Below are positions 20,144-28,513 of a DNA stretch of 64,000 nucleotides, in pieces; within the stretch, counting starts at the first letter, position 1, and every line of letters begins with the position of its first letter. Under the pieces are notes generated by a model. That model saw only the letters and a program-made list of their open reading frames with translations, did not search any database and had not been told where the DNA came from. The position numbers were made by a program, and so were the translations under genes. This DNA comes from Dehalococcoidia bacterium (GTDB lineage Bacteria > Chloroflexota > Dehalococcoidia > Lucifugimonadales > UBA3495): the NCBI GenBank assembly GCA_021295965.1, contig JAGWBI010000001.1, positions 11,420 through 75,419 on the forward strand, in the 5' to 3' direction.

Positions 20144-21373
20144 TTGAACATTGATCCGCAACAATCCGGCCTCGCCCTCCGGGGCATCCGGGTGCTGGAC
20201 TTCACCTGGATTCACGCCGGCCCTTCCGCCACACGGATCCTTTCCGACCAGGGCGCCGAGGTAATCAAGGTCGAATCCAACAACGCCCTCTCGGTTGTCG
20301 GCGGGCCGGCGTCGGCCACCGCCCGGGGATTGGGACAACGGCACAACTGGAATGCCGGCAAGTTGTCCATCTCTCTCAACATGAAAACGCCCCAGGGCAT
20401 CGACATCGCAAAACGCCTCGTGGCGGTATCCGACGTCGTGGCGGAGAACTTCAGCGGTCGGGTGATGCCCTCCTGGGGCCTGGATTACGAGTCCATAAGA
20501 CCCATCAACCCCAGCATAATCATGCTCAGCATGTCGGGGTTTGGCCGCACTGGACCGTGGAAAGACCGGGTCAGCTATGGACAGACGCTCCAGGCCTGGT
20601 CGGGATTCACCCAGTTGACCGGATTTCCCAATACCGATCCCAGCGGCCCGGCCAGCGCGTACAGCGACGCAGTGGGCGGTATGGCCGGCGCCCAGGCGGT
20701 GCTCCTCGCCCTGATGCATCGGGCCAGGACCGGCCGCGGTCAGTGGCTCGACGTTTCCCAGTTCGAGTCCCTATCATCCCTGCTGGAAACGCTGATGCTG
20801 GACATGAGCGTCAACGGAAAGGCCGCAGCCTCGACGCGCAACGGCAATCGCCTGCCGCATGGCGGCGGCGCTCCCCACGCCGCATACCATTGTCTGGGGG
20901 AGGACCGCTGGGTGGCAATCACCGTCTTCACCGACGAAGAATGGCGCGCCTTCGTGGACGCTATGGGCAACCCCCAATGGGCCGAAGACCAGCGTTTCGC
21001 CACCAGCGACGCCCGTGAGCGCAATGCCGACGAACTGGACTCACTCGTAGAATCTTGGACAATCCAGAACACAGCGGAAGACGTGATGGGCGTGCTTCAA
21101 ACCGCCGGCGTCGCCGCCGGAGTGGTGCAAACCGGGGCCGATCTGTCCCGCGATCCCCAATTGAAAGAGCGCGGGTTCTTTAGGCGGGTCGAGGACCACC
21201 GGGGAGAATATCGGACCATCGAGAGCGCCCCTTACCAGCTATCTCGCACTCCGGGCAGCGTCACCAGGGGCGCGCCGGAGTTCGCAGCGGACATGACCTA
21301 CGTGCTGCGCGAATTGCTGGGCATGTCCGACGAAGAGGTCGAAGAGTGCGCCATCGCGGGGGCCTTCGACTGA
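20144..21373 (+). CDS. CaiB/BaiF family (family III) CoA-transferase (paralogue)
   Basis: TTG start. LRGIRVLDFTWIHAGPSATRILSDQGAEVIKVES. Same family as 18725..19960. Confidence 0.85.
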   Translation: MNIDPQQSGLALRGIRVLDFTWIHAGPSATRILSDQGAEVIKVESNNALSVVGGPASATARGLGQRHNWNAGKLSISLNMKTPQGIDIAKRLVAVSDVVAENFSGRVMPSWGLDYESIRPINPSIIMLSMSGFGRTGPWKDRVSYGQTLQAWSGFTQLTGFPNTDPSGPASAYSDAVGGMAGAQAVLLALMHRARTGRGQWLDVSQFESLSSLLETLMLDMSVNGKAAASTRNGNRLPHGGGAPHAAYHCLGEDRWVAITVFTDEEWRAFVDAMGNPQWAEDQRFATSDARERNADELDSLVESWTIQNTAEDVMGVLQTAGVAAGVVQTGADLSRDPQLKERGFFRRVEDHRGEYRTIESAPYQLSRTPGSVTRGAPEFAADMTYVLRELLGMSDEEVEECAIAGAFD

Positions 21374-21394
21374 ACGAGACGATAAATACACGCT

Positions 21395-23803
21395 CTACCG
21401 CAATCGCACCACAGTCACCGCCGCCGCCATTCCGCCTTCTCCCGGCTCGGTGGCGGCGACCAACGGATGCCCTGTCAGGTGTTCTCGGATGGCGCGGCGC
21501 AATGCTCCCGTGCCCTTTCCGTGGACGATCTTTAGCGAAGACATTCCTTCCAAAGCGGCATCGTCCAACAGGGTATCGATTATCGACAAGGCCTCGTCAA
21601 CCCGGTATCCGTGCAGATTGACCTCCGGGCTGAGCGTCCGTTTGTTTTCCGGGCGACGATAAACCACGCCGGCCTGTTCCGCCACCGGATGAATTCGGTC
21701 GGCGGGTCGGTCCAGTTGGTACACCGGCAGGCGGGCCCGCATGGAGCCGATGATGACCTCTATTTCCTGCTGTTCGTTGGGCGCCGTCACCACTTCCACC
21801 GGGCGTGACACGCCCCGGACATACACGCGGTCGCCGGCCCGGAGATCATGGTACCAGGGCGGTCGTTCCAGCGGTATTGGCGCCCAGTCCGGGGACACCA
21901 CCTCGCGTTGGGTTTCCGCCAGACGTTCCCGCTCGGCGCGTAGGTCCGCTTCTCGGGTCGTCGGGCCGTTGGTGTTCACCGCAGTACGTTCCAGGGAACG
22001 CTCGGCCCGGCGTATCTGATTGGCCACGTCCACAATCTGTTCGGCCAGTTCCCGACGCGCCTCCTCCACCAGCTCAGCTTTGGTGTCCTCTACGGCTTCG
22101 AGTTGCTGTGCGATTTCCTGTTCCCGCTCTCGCGCGCCATTCAACGCCTGCTCAGCCTGCGACTTTAACTCGGATATGGTCAGCCGTTCTTCCTGCAGTT
22201 CCTGGAGCAGGCGGTCGGTTTGTACGTGGCTCGGCTCCAGGTGCGACTGAGCTCCGGCGATTACCTCGTCGGGCAAACCCAGGCGGGAGGCAATGGTGAG
22301 CGCGTAGCTGCGGCCGGGAATGCCATGGGTCAGGCGATAGGTCGGTTCCAGGGTGCGCGGGTTCAGGTCAACGCTGGCGTTGACCATCCCTTCCTCCTCC
22401 TGGGCCAGCCGCGCCACGTTGCGGTGGTGCGTGGTCGCCACCACCATGGCCCCCAGGTCGCGCAGGTGCGACAGCAGCGCAATAGCCAGGGCGGACCCTT
22501 CTTCGGGGTCGGTGGCCGAACCCAACTCGTCTATCAGAACGAGGGAACGTGGCGTTGCCGCCTCCATAATCCGTTGAATGGTGCGGATGTGGCTGCTGAA
22601 GGTTGAAAGGGACTCGAAAATGCTTTGCTGGTCGCCGATGTCAGCGTAAATGCCATCCAGCAGCGGCAGCGTGGCGTCGTCGGCCGGCACCTGTAGCCCG
22701 GCGTGGGCCATCATCGCCAGCAGTCCCACGGTTTTGAGCGCGACGGTCTTGCCGCCGGCGTTTGGCCCGGTGATCAACAGCACTGGGTTGCCCGAGCCTA
22801 TCGTGATGGTGGTGGGGACAACATCCCCGGGGAGCAACGGGTGTCGCGCACCCACCAATTCCAGGCGCCGAGGCTCCGCGTCGCTGAGGAAGGTCGGCGC
22901 AACCGCCCGGCCAGTTGTGGCAAAGCGGGCTTTTGCAGCCGCCAGATCCAGGCGACCCAGCAGAGACAGCATCAAAAGGATTTCGTCGGCGTATTGGCCC
23001 ACCAGGGATGACAAATGGCGGAGCACTCGCTCTTCTTCCCGCTGCTCCGCCAGCCGAGTTTCACGCCAGCGGTTGCCCAACTCTATTGCGGGCATTGGTT
23101 CAACAAACACGGTGGCGCCGCTGTCCGAAACATCGTGCACTATGCCCGGAGCCTGGCCCTTGAAATCGTTCTTGATCAGCAACACCATGCGCCCGTTGCG
23201 CTCGGTCACGATGTTTTCCTGGGCCACTCCCGAACGCTGGTAACGACGCAGGAAACGCTGCATAACTTCGTTCAGCGACGAATAGGCAGAGCGAGATTCC
23301 CGGCGCAATCGCGCCAGTTCCGGCGAAGCATCATCCAGGAGTTCACCCGCGGAGCTGATCGCCCGATTGACGGCGCTTTCCAGGTCTTGCAACTCGGGAA
23401 GGTTCTGGGCGATCGACGCCAGCAGGGGCAGATCCTCCCGCCGTGCTAATGAGCTGCGATTCCAGCGGGCGGCGGCAGCGAGAGATCCTATGTTTCGCAG
23501 TTCCTCTCCCCGCAGCACACCGTCCAGCAGCGCACGTTGTATGGGCGGGCGCAGGTCTTCGGTCGGACCAAGTTCCAGCGCGCCGGTGGTATCCAGCAGG
23601 CGACGCGCCTCAGCGGTTTCCTGCTGGCGCACCGCAATGTCACGGGGATCGGCGCTCGGCGTCAGTTCGGCGGCGGCCTCGGCGCCGGCGGCGGTGCGGG
23701 TGGCCGCAACCAGTTGGAGGCGGATCTGGTCAAATTCCAGCAGGTTCAACGCCCGCTGGAAATTATCGTCATTTGAGATGCTTGGGTCGTCCGCTATTGG
23801 CAT
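21395..23803 (-). CDS. mutS2: Endonuclease MutS2 (MutS-family ATPase with C-terminal Smr domain)
   Basis: Start MPIADDPS at 23803. Walker A GPNAGGKTV, ELGSATDPEEG, long coiled coil, C-terminal Smr (VNLHGYRVDEALSIIDTLLD...LKIVHGKGTGALR). Confidence 0.85.
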   Translation of the reverse strand: MPIADDPSISNDDNFQRALNLLEFDQIRLQLVAATRTAAGAEAAAELTPSADPRDIAVRQQETAEARRLLDTTGALELGPTEDLRPPIQRALLDGVLRGEELRNIGSLAAAARWNRSSLARREDLPLLASIAQNLPELQDLESAVNRAISSAGELLDDASPELARLRRESRSAYSSLNEVMQRFLRRYQRSGVAQENIVTERNGRMVLLIKNDFKGQAPGIVHDVSDSGATVFVEPMPAIELGNRWRETRLAEQREEERVLRHLSSLVGQYADEILLMLSLLGRLDLAAAKARFATTGRAVAPTFLSDAEPRRLELVGARHPLLPGDVVPTTITIGSGNPVLLITGPNAGGKTVALKTVGLLAMMAHAGLQVPADDATLPLLDGIYADIGDQQSIFESLSTFSSHIRTIQRIMEAATPRSLVLIDELGSATDPEEGSALAIALLSHLRDLGAMVVATTHHRNVARLAQEEEGMVNASVDLNPRTLEPTYRLTHGIPGRSYALTIASRLGLPDEVIAGAQSHLEPSHVQTDRLLQELQEERLTISELKSQAEQALNGAREREQEIAQQLEAVEDTKAELVEEARRELAEQIVDVANQIRRAERSLERTAVNTNGPTTREADLRAERERLAETQREVVSPDWAPIPLERPPWYHDLRAGDRVYVRGVSRPVEVVTAPNEQQEIEVIIGSMRARLPVYQLDRPADRIHPVAEQAGVVYRRPENKRTLSPEVNLHGYRVDEALSIIDTLLDDAALEGMSSLKIVHGKGTGALRRAIREHLTGHPLVAATEPGEGGMAAAVTVVRLR

Positions 23804-23840
23804 AATCTGGATTATAGCATCGGCAGGCACACGAACGGTT

Positions 23841-23963
23841 TTACAGATCCAGTTCGCTTTGGGATCCAAGCCTCGACAGTTCCAGCAGATCGGCGCCAAT
23901 TCCGTGGTAAATCAGCGCCAGGTCAAACCGGATGTGGCAGTCGCGGTAGCCCTCCCAATTGCC
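23841..23963 (-). pseudogene. 5'-truncated YafQ/RelE-family toxin remnant
   Basis: My own translation directly after the dinJ stop gives GNWEGYRDCHIRFDLALIYHGIGADLLELSRLGSQSELDL*. This parallels the E. coli YafQ C-terminal half (GSWKGYRDAHVEPDWILIYKL..LLRFERTGTHAALF, from memory). The N-terminal roughly 50 codons are absent, and the His of the GTH motif is Gln here. Confidence 0.5.
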
Positions 23964-23965
23964 TG

Positions 23966-24166
23966 TCAATGCATGATCTTAACCGCTATCGTTTTCGGAC
24001 CGGGGATGATGCAGTCGAAGGGCGACTCCTTATTGATAGCGGTGTGCATCAGCATCAAACGAAAGGCATCGGAAATGGTGAACGCGTGGGATTTCAACAC
24101 CGCCTCCACTGCATCCCACGTCTGCTGGTCAATGCTTGCGCTGTTGCTGATTTTGATGCCGCTCAT
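23966..24166 (-). CDS. dinJ: RelB/DinJ family antitoxin
   Basis: ASIDQQTWDAVEAVLKSHAFTISDAFRLMLMHTAINKESPFD aligns by eye with E. coli DinJ ARIDEDLKNQAADVLAGMGLTISDLVRITLTKVAREKALPFD. Confidence 0.7.
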   Translation of the reverse strand: MSGIKISNSASIDQQTWDAVEAVLKSHAFTISDAFRLMLMHTAINKESPFDCIIPGPKTIAVKIMH

Positions 24167-24209
24167 ATCCTGACCCCTTGACTATCGTGTAATCGCAGTC
24201 TATCCGACG

Positions 24210-25007
24210 TCAGGTGTCCCAACGCAGTGGATACACTCTGCACTCATACAGCATGGCCCCGACCTGGTCCAACGAGGCTCGGTTGGGTTCCCGCACGTCC
24301 AACCGGCGCTCCAGCGTGATCGGAGCCAAGCGGGCCAAGACGGGACATTCTTTCACAAATCCGTTAACGGTTGCGGCTTCGCCGCCCAATGCCACATAGT
24401 CGAGCTGGTCGAGCCACGGGCGCCATTGTCGTTCGAGGACACCGGAAGCCTCGACGTACAACCGATGGATCTGGTTTTCACGAACCCGTTGGAACCGGCG
24501 CTGCGAGGTGCCGCCGGCGTGGTGTTTCCCCTTCACATAGCGCGTATCGGTCTTTGACACCGCCAGCTTACGACCTTCGTAGATGGCAACGGCGTAACGA
24601 CCCAGGCGCACCAGCGCCACTCCGACGGTCAGTCGCGCCGCAAGCAGGGACAGCAGAGGTTGTGCGTCGATGCCTTCGCTTAGGCGAGCGAAATTCAAGG
24701 GAAATGGGGGCAAAATGGCGAGCCCGACGTCGCCGATGCGAAACGCCGCGACGCCGGACCCAGAACGCAGCGGCCTGCTGCCGGCTTGTTCCAGGGCGGA
24801 CATCCACTCCACCCCCTGCCGATCACGACCCAATTCCGTGATTGCATGCGTCGTGTCAGTGTCGGAAGCCGGAACGAAAATGGTGGCTGACGGCACGCCC
24901 GACCCGGCAGAATTCTGCAATTCCTCCACAATTCGCGCCACGCGGTCAGCTGACAGCGTTTGCCCAGGCCGCAGCGAGGTCAAATATTTTGTATCTCCAA
25001 TCGCCAT
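24210..25007 (-). CDS. Vms1/ANKZF1-like release-factor (VLRF1, acVLRF1-type) peptidyl-tRNA hydrolase
   Basis: VALVRLGRYAVAIYEG...KTDTRYVKGKHHAGGTSQRRFQRVRENQIHRLYVEASGVLERQW parallels yeast Vms1 LLMISGGHFAGAIF...SFHRYTVRRKQGGSQS...LRRYNEAAL..IQGVLKDW (from memory), including the catalytic GG(S/T)Q loop. Confidence 0.7.
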   Translation of the reverse strand: MAIGDTKYLTSLRPGQTLSADRVARIVEELQNSAGSGVPSATIFVPASDTDTTHAITELGRDRQGVEWMSALEQAGSRPLRSGSGVAAFRIGDVGLAILPPFPLNFARLSEGIDAQPLLSLLAARLTVGVALVRLGRYAVAIYEGRKLAVSKTDTRYVKGKHHAGGTSQRRFQRVRENQIHRLYVEASGVLERQWRPWLDQLDYVALGGEAATVNGFVKECPVLARLAPITLERRLDVREPNRASLDQVGAMLYECRVYPLRWDT

Positions 25008-25098
25008 AATTAATCATAACCCATCGCACCCGAAGCGGCAAAAACCGATGTGCAATAATGGCACCCCGACGCAACCAACTCTGCCCAAGGTGAACAAG

Positions 25099-26238
25099 AT
25101 GGTTTCCCACGGTATGCCTGACGACGGTCCTACACAACTCCCAGCGATTGAGCGGCAGCGAAATGCCTTGCGCCGTCTCGACGACGGCCACGCCGCCCTG
25201 TTGGACGCCCTGGCCGGCCTGGGTGAGGCGGAAGCGTTCCTGGGTTCCCGTTGGTCGGTCTGGGAGGTGATGCAGCACCTGTTGACGGAAAATTTCGTCG
25301 AAGCGCTGGAGCAGATCGCCTCCGGCGAACGGGAGATGCTGCCTCCCTTCGACGCCCGGACTGATCGCATCGCCCAGGACGTCGCCCGGCTGGAGGCCAA
25401 CTACCGGCGATTCCGCACTCTCATCGCCGGCCTGTCCGAATCGCAATTGAACCTTCCGGCCACGCCGTACAACCCCGAAAACAATTACCCGGCCCTGTCG
25501 CTACTCGACCTGATCGAGAGAACCTCTGGGCATGAGGGTAATCACGCCCGGCAGGTTGAGGAAACCAGGAAGTTTGTGACGGCATTCCGGTCCGCAGAGC
25601 GGGCGATAACAGTTGCCGGGTTGGGTACCGGGGACCGGGAGTCCGTTCCCACGAGAACCCGGGAGCTGCTCTCCAACGCCGATTACGTCATCGGAACGCC
25701 GACGGCTTTGGACGTGGCTCGCCCATGGATCCGGAGCGTGGAGCTCCCCCTGAGGGCGGACAATCGCGAGGAATTGGTTAACCGGCTGGCTCGGGACATA
25801 CGCGCCGGTCTCTGGTCCATGGTGGTCACCCTGGGCGATCCCTCCGAATCCTCTCCGGGCCTTCTGGATCAATTGTCCCAAGCGGTTGGCCCGGCGTCCG
25901 TAACGCCCGCATCTGGCTTCTACCGGCTCGCCCTCGAGTCCGTTGGTATCTCGCCCCTGCAAGCTGTTTGCACATCAGTAGAGCAAATTCACAGCCTGGT
26001 GAACGCCCCGACGATGGCCGGCAGGGCGGCAGTAGTGCTGGGGGCGGACCATGCCGGTCCCTGGAGCAACGCAGCGTCGTCTCTGCTGCATTCCGGCGTC
26101 GCGTCGTCTGAACCCGCCAAGCTGGTCACCGATATGTCGAACCGGGCCAGCGTAGCGGAGACCTCGCTGCTGGATCTGGCACAGGGTGACTTGGGTAAAA
26201 CCGAAGCAAGCATTGATTCAGCGTTGGTGCTGAACTGA
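25099..26238 (+). CDS. DinB-family domain fused to a tetrapyrrole (corrin/porphyrin) methylase-like domain
   Basis: Start uncertain (ATG at 25048, 25099 or 25114); the listed 24670 start overlaps the VLRF1 gene. The N-terminal half is a DinB-like four-helix bundle (WSVWEVMQHL...TSGHEGNHARQ). The C-terminal half has ITVAGLGTGDRESVPTRTRELLSNADYVIG and VTLGDPSESSPG, like CbiE/CobL-type methylases. Confidence 0.55.
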   Translation: MVSHGMPDDGPTQLPAIERQRNALRRLDDGHAALLDALAGLGEAEAFLGSRWSVWEVMQHLLTENFVEALEQIASGEREMLPPFDARTDRIAQDVARLEANYRRFRTLIAGLSESQLNLPATPYNPENNYPALSLLDLIERTSGHEGNHARQVEETRKFVTAFRSAERAITVAGLGTGDRESVPTRTRELLSNADYVIGTPTALDVARPWIRSVELPLRADNREELVNRLARDIRAGLWSMVVTLGDPSESSPGLLDQLSQAVGPASVTPASGFYRLALESVGISPLQAVCTSVEQIHSLVNAPTMAGRAAVVLGADHAGPWSNAASSLLHSGVASSEPAKLVTDMSNRASVAETSLLDLAQGDLGKTEASIDSALVLN

Positions 26239-26342
26239 CGGATGTCATTCCTAAACGGCGTGTGTAGCCGGTATATAATGCTTGGCGACACGCGAATTAT
26301 GGCAAGTCCGCCCTACGGCGGACCGGCAATGGAGGAAGCATA

Positions 26343-27239
26343 ATGGCTGAGCAAATCGGATTCGTCGGGCTGGGCATCATGGGCAAGCCCATGGCCCGCA
26401 ACCTGATGACGGCGGGCTACGAGCTGACGGTCTATGACATCGTAGGCGAACCGGTGGAGGAATTGGCAACCGAAGGCGCGAAGGCCGCGTCTTCGCCGGC
26501 GGGAGCGGCATCCGGCAATTCCCGGACGATTACCATGCTGCCCGACTCGGCCGATTCGGAAAGGGCCATCCTGGGACCTGAAGGAGTATTGGAGGGGGCG
26601 GGCGCCGGTTCGGTAATAATCGATATGAGCAGCATCGCGCCGTCCATGTCCCAGAAGATTGGCGCAGCCTGCGCGGAGAAGGGAGTGGACTTCCTGGACG
26701 CGCCGGTCAGTGGCGGCGAGCCCGGGGCCATCGCTGGAACGCTGGCCATCATGGTGGGCGGCGACGAAGCGGTGTTCAGCAATTGCGAGGAATTGTTGCA
26801 GGTGATGGGCGGCAACGTAGTGCTCACCGGCGACGTGGGCGCCGGCAACATCACCAAGCTGGCCAACCAGATCATCGTCGCCGCCAATATCGAGGCGTTG
26901 AGCGAGGCCCTGGTGCTGGCCCAAAAAGCCGGCGTGGACCCGGAGCGAGTTTTCAACGCCATCCGCGGCGGCCTGGCCGGCAGCGCAGTTATGGAAGCCA
27001 AAGGGCCCATGATGCTGGACCGCAACTTCCGCGCCGGCTTCCGAATCCGCCTGCACCAGAAAGACCTGCGCAACGTGCTGCAAACCGCCACCGAGCTGAA
27101 CGTCCCGCTGCCGGTAACGGCGCTGGTGCAACAGATGCTGGGGTCCCTGGTCAACGATGGAGAGCAGGAAGCTGACCACTCCGCCATCCTGCACTTTATC
27201 GAGAAGCTCGCCGACGTGGAAGTGAAACGTGGCGGCTGA
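26343..27239 (+). CDS. NAD(P)-dependent beta-hydroxyacid dehydrogenase (2-hydroxy-3-oxopropionate reductase-like)
   Basis: IGFVGLGIMGKPMARNL Rossmann motif, DAPVSGGEPGA, and KDLRNVLQTA are typical of the family. Confidence 0.8.
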   Translation: MAEQIGFVGLGIMGKPMARNLMTAGYELTVYDIVGEPVEELATEGAKAASSPAGAASGNSRTITMLPDSADSERAILGPEGVLEGAGAGSVIIDMSSIAPSMSQKIGAACAEKGVDFLDAPVSGGEPGAIAGTLAIMVGGDEAVFSNCEELLQVMGGNVVLTGDVGAGNITKLANQIIVAANIEALSEALVLAQKAGVDPERVFNAIRGGLAGSAVMEAKGPMMLDRNFRAGFRIRLHQKDLRNVLQTATELNVPLPVTALVQQMLGSLVNDGEQEADHSAILHFIEKLADVEVKRGG

Positions 27240-27277
27240 CGGCGAACCATCCACGACTAATTCATCGGGAGGACAAC

Positions 27278-28426
27278 ATGAAATTTGGCCTAGCTTACGA
27301 AATGCAACGTCCCGAGCTGGATGATCACGCTGTCATTGAGGAAACCATCGAGCAGGTCTGCCTGGCCGATGAGATGGGGTTCGACTACGTCTGGTTCGTC
27401 GAACACCATTTCCTCACGACGTTCAGTATGTCTCCTTGCCCGGAGGTCATCTTCGGCGCCCTGAGCCGCCTGACCAAGCGTATCCGCTTGGGATTTGGCG
27501 TCGTTATCCTGCCCTACCACCATCCGGTGCGAGTTGCCGAGCGGGTGGCGATGGTGGACCACCTGACCAACGGTCGCGTTGACATGGGCACAGGCCGCAG
27601 CGCCGCCTACGAGCAGACCGGCATGGGGATCGACCCACGTGAAACCCGCGAAATGTGGGAAGAATCACTGAAGATGATCCCCCAGATCTGGGATGCCGAC
27701 TACTTCGAGTGGGAGGGAAAATACTGGAACGTGCCGCCGCGCCAGGTACTGCCCAAGCCTTACCAGAAGCCGCACCCGCCCATCTGGGTTGCCGCCCTGC
27801 AACCGGCCACCTACGAACTGGCGGCGCAGCGTGGCATCGGCGTGATGGCCCTGGGCGTCAGCGCCCCATCGGTGCTGGAGCCGCACATCGCCGCCTACCG
27901 GGAGAACATCAAGAAGGCCCAACCCGTCGGCCAGTACGTCAACAACCAGTGGCTCAGCTCCGTTTTCGGCCTCTGCGGACCGGACAACGGCGCCACTCGC
28001 CAGCTATGCACCGATTCCCTCAAGACCTTCTTCGGTCCCGGGCGTCCCTATGTCCAGGACCAGAAGGACGTGTACGCCCGCCTGGTGGACCAGTGGGGCG
28101 GCATCCCCGAGCACCTGCAGCAGAACTTCTCGCGCTATGTCGAAGTGCCGACCGAGGGTGCATCAGAAGGTGACGGTTCGGTTGATCTGTCCGGCGGCAC
28201 CGCGCTGGCCCAGAAAATCTGGGAGGAGTTCGACGCCGACACTCTGGCCGAGCGCGGCGTCATTGTCGCCGGTGATCCCGATAGCTGCATCAGGGCCGCC
28301 AAGATGCACGAAGCCACCGGAGTTGACCAGTTGCAGTTCCTGATGGCCACGGAAACCGTCGCCCATGACAAGGTGATGGAATCAATCGAGATGTTTGGCA
28401 AGCACGTCTTCCCGGCGTTCAAGTAA
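27278..28426 (+). CDS. LLM-class flavin-dependent oxidoreductase
   Basis: MKFGLAYEMQRP...GFDYVWFVEHHF luciferase-like N-terminus. Confidence 0.85.
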   Translation: MKFGLAYEMQRPELDDHAVIEETIEQVCLADEMGFDYVWFVEHHFLTTFSMSPCPEVIFGALSRLTKRIRLGFGVVILPYHHPVRVAERVAMVDHLTNGRVDMGTGRSAAYEQTGMGIDPRETREMWEESLKMIPQIWDADYFEWEGKYWNVPPRQVLPKPYQKPHPPIWVAALQPATYELAAQRGIGVMALGVSAPSVLEPHIAAYRENIKKAQPVGQYVNNQWLSSVFGLCGPDNGATRQLCTDSLKTFFGPGRPYVQDQKDVYARLVDQWGGIPEHLQQNFSRYVEVPTEGASEGDGSVDLSGGTALAQKIWEEFDADTLAERGVIVAGDPDSCIRAAKMHEATGVDQLQFLMATETVAHDKVMESIEMFGKHVFPAFK

Positions 28427-28463
28427 CTGCCATACCATCGCACAGCCGAACCACAACGTAAGA

Positions 28464-28484
28464 GGGCGGGTCATCGACCCGCCC
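28464..28484. terminator. GC-rich perfect hairpin GGGCGGGTC-ATC-GACCCGCCC between convergent genes
   Basis: 9-bp perfect stem read directly, located between the 3' ends of 27278..28426 (+) and 28514..29608 (-). No clear U-tract, so a terminator role is inferred. A sister copy lies at 33814. Confidence 0.35.
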
Positions 28485-28513
28485 CCAGCTTTACCCGTGC
28501 TGCTGACGCAGAA

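Noticed and set aside
23804-23899. The 32-codon extension of mutS2 (MAPICWNCRGLDPKANWICKTV...) as the YafQ remnant.
   Set aside because: A different frame of the same region gives a much better YafQ-like peptide (GNWEGYRDCHIRFDLALIYH...). The mutS2-frame similarity is coincidental.
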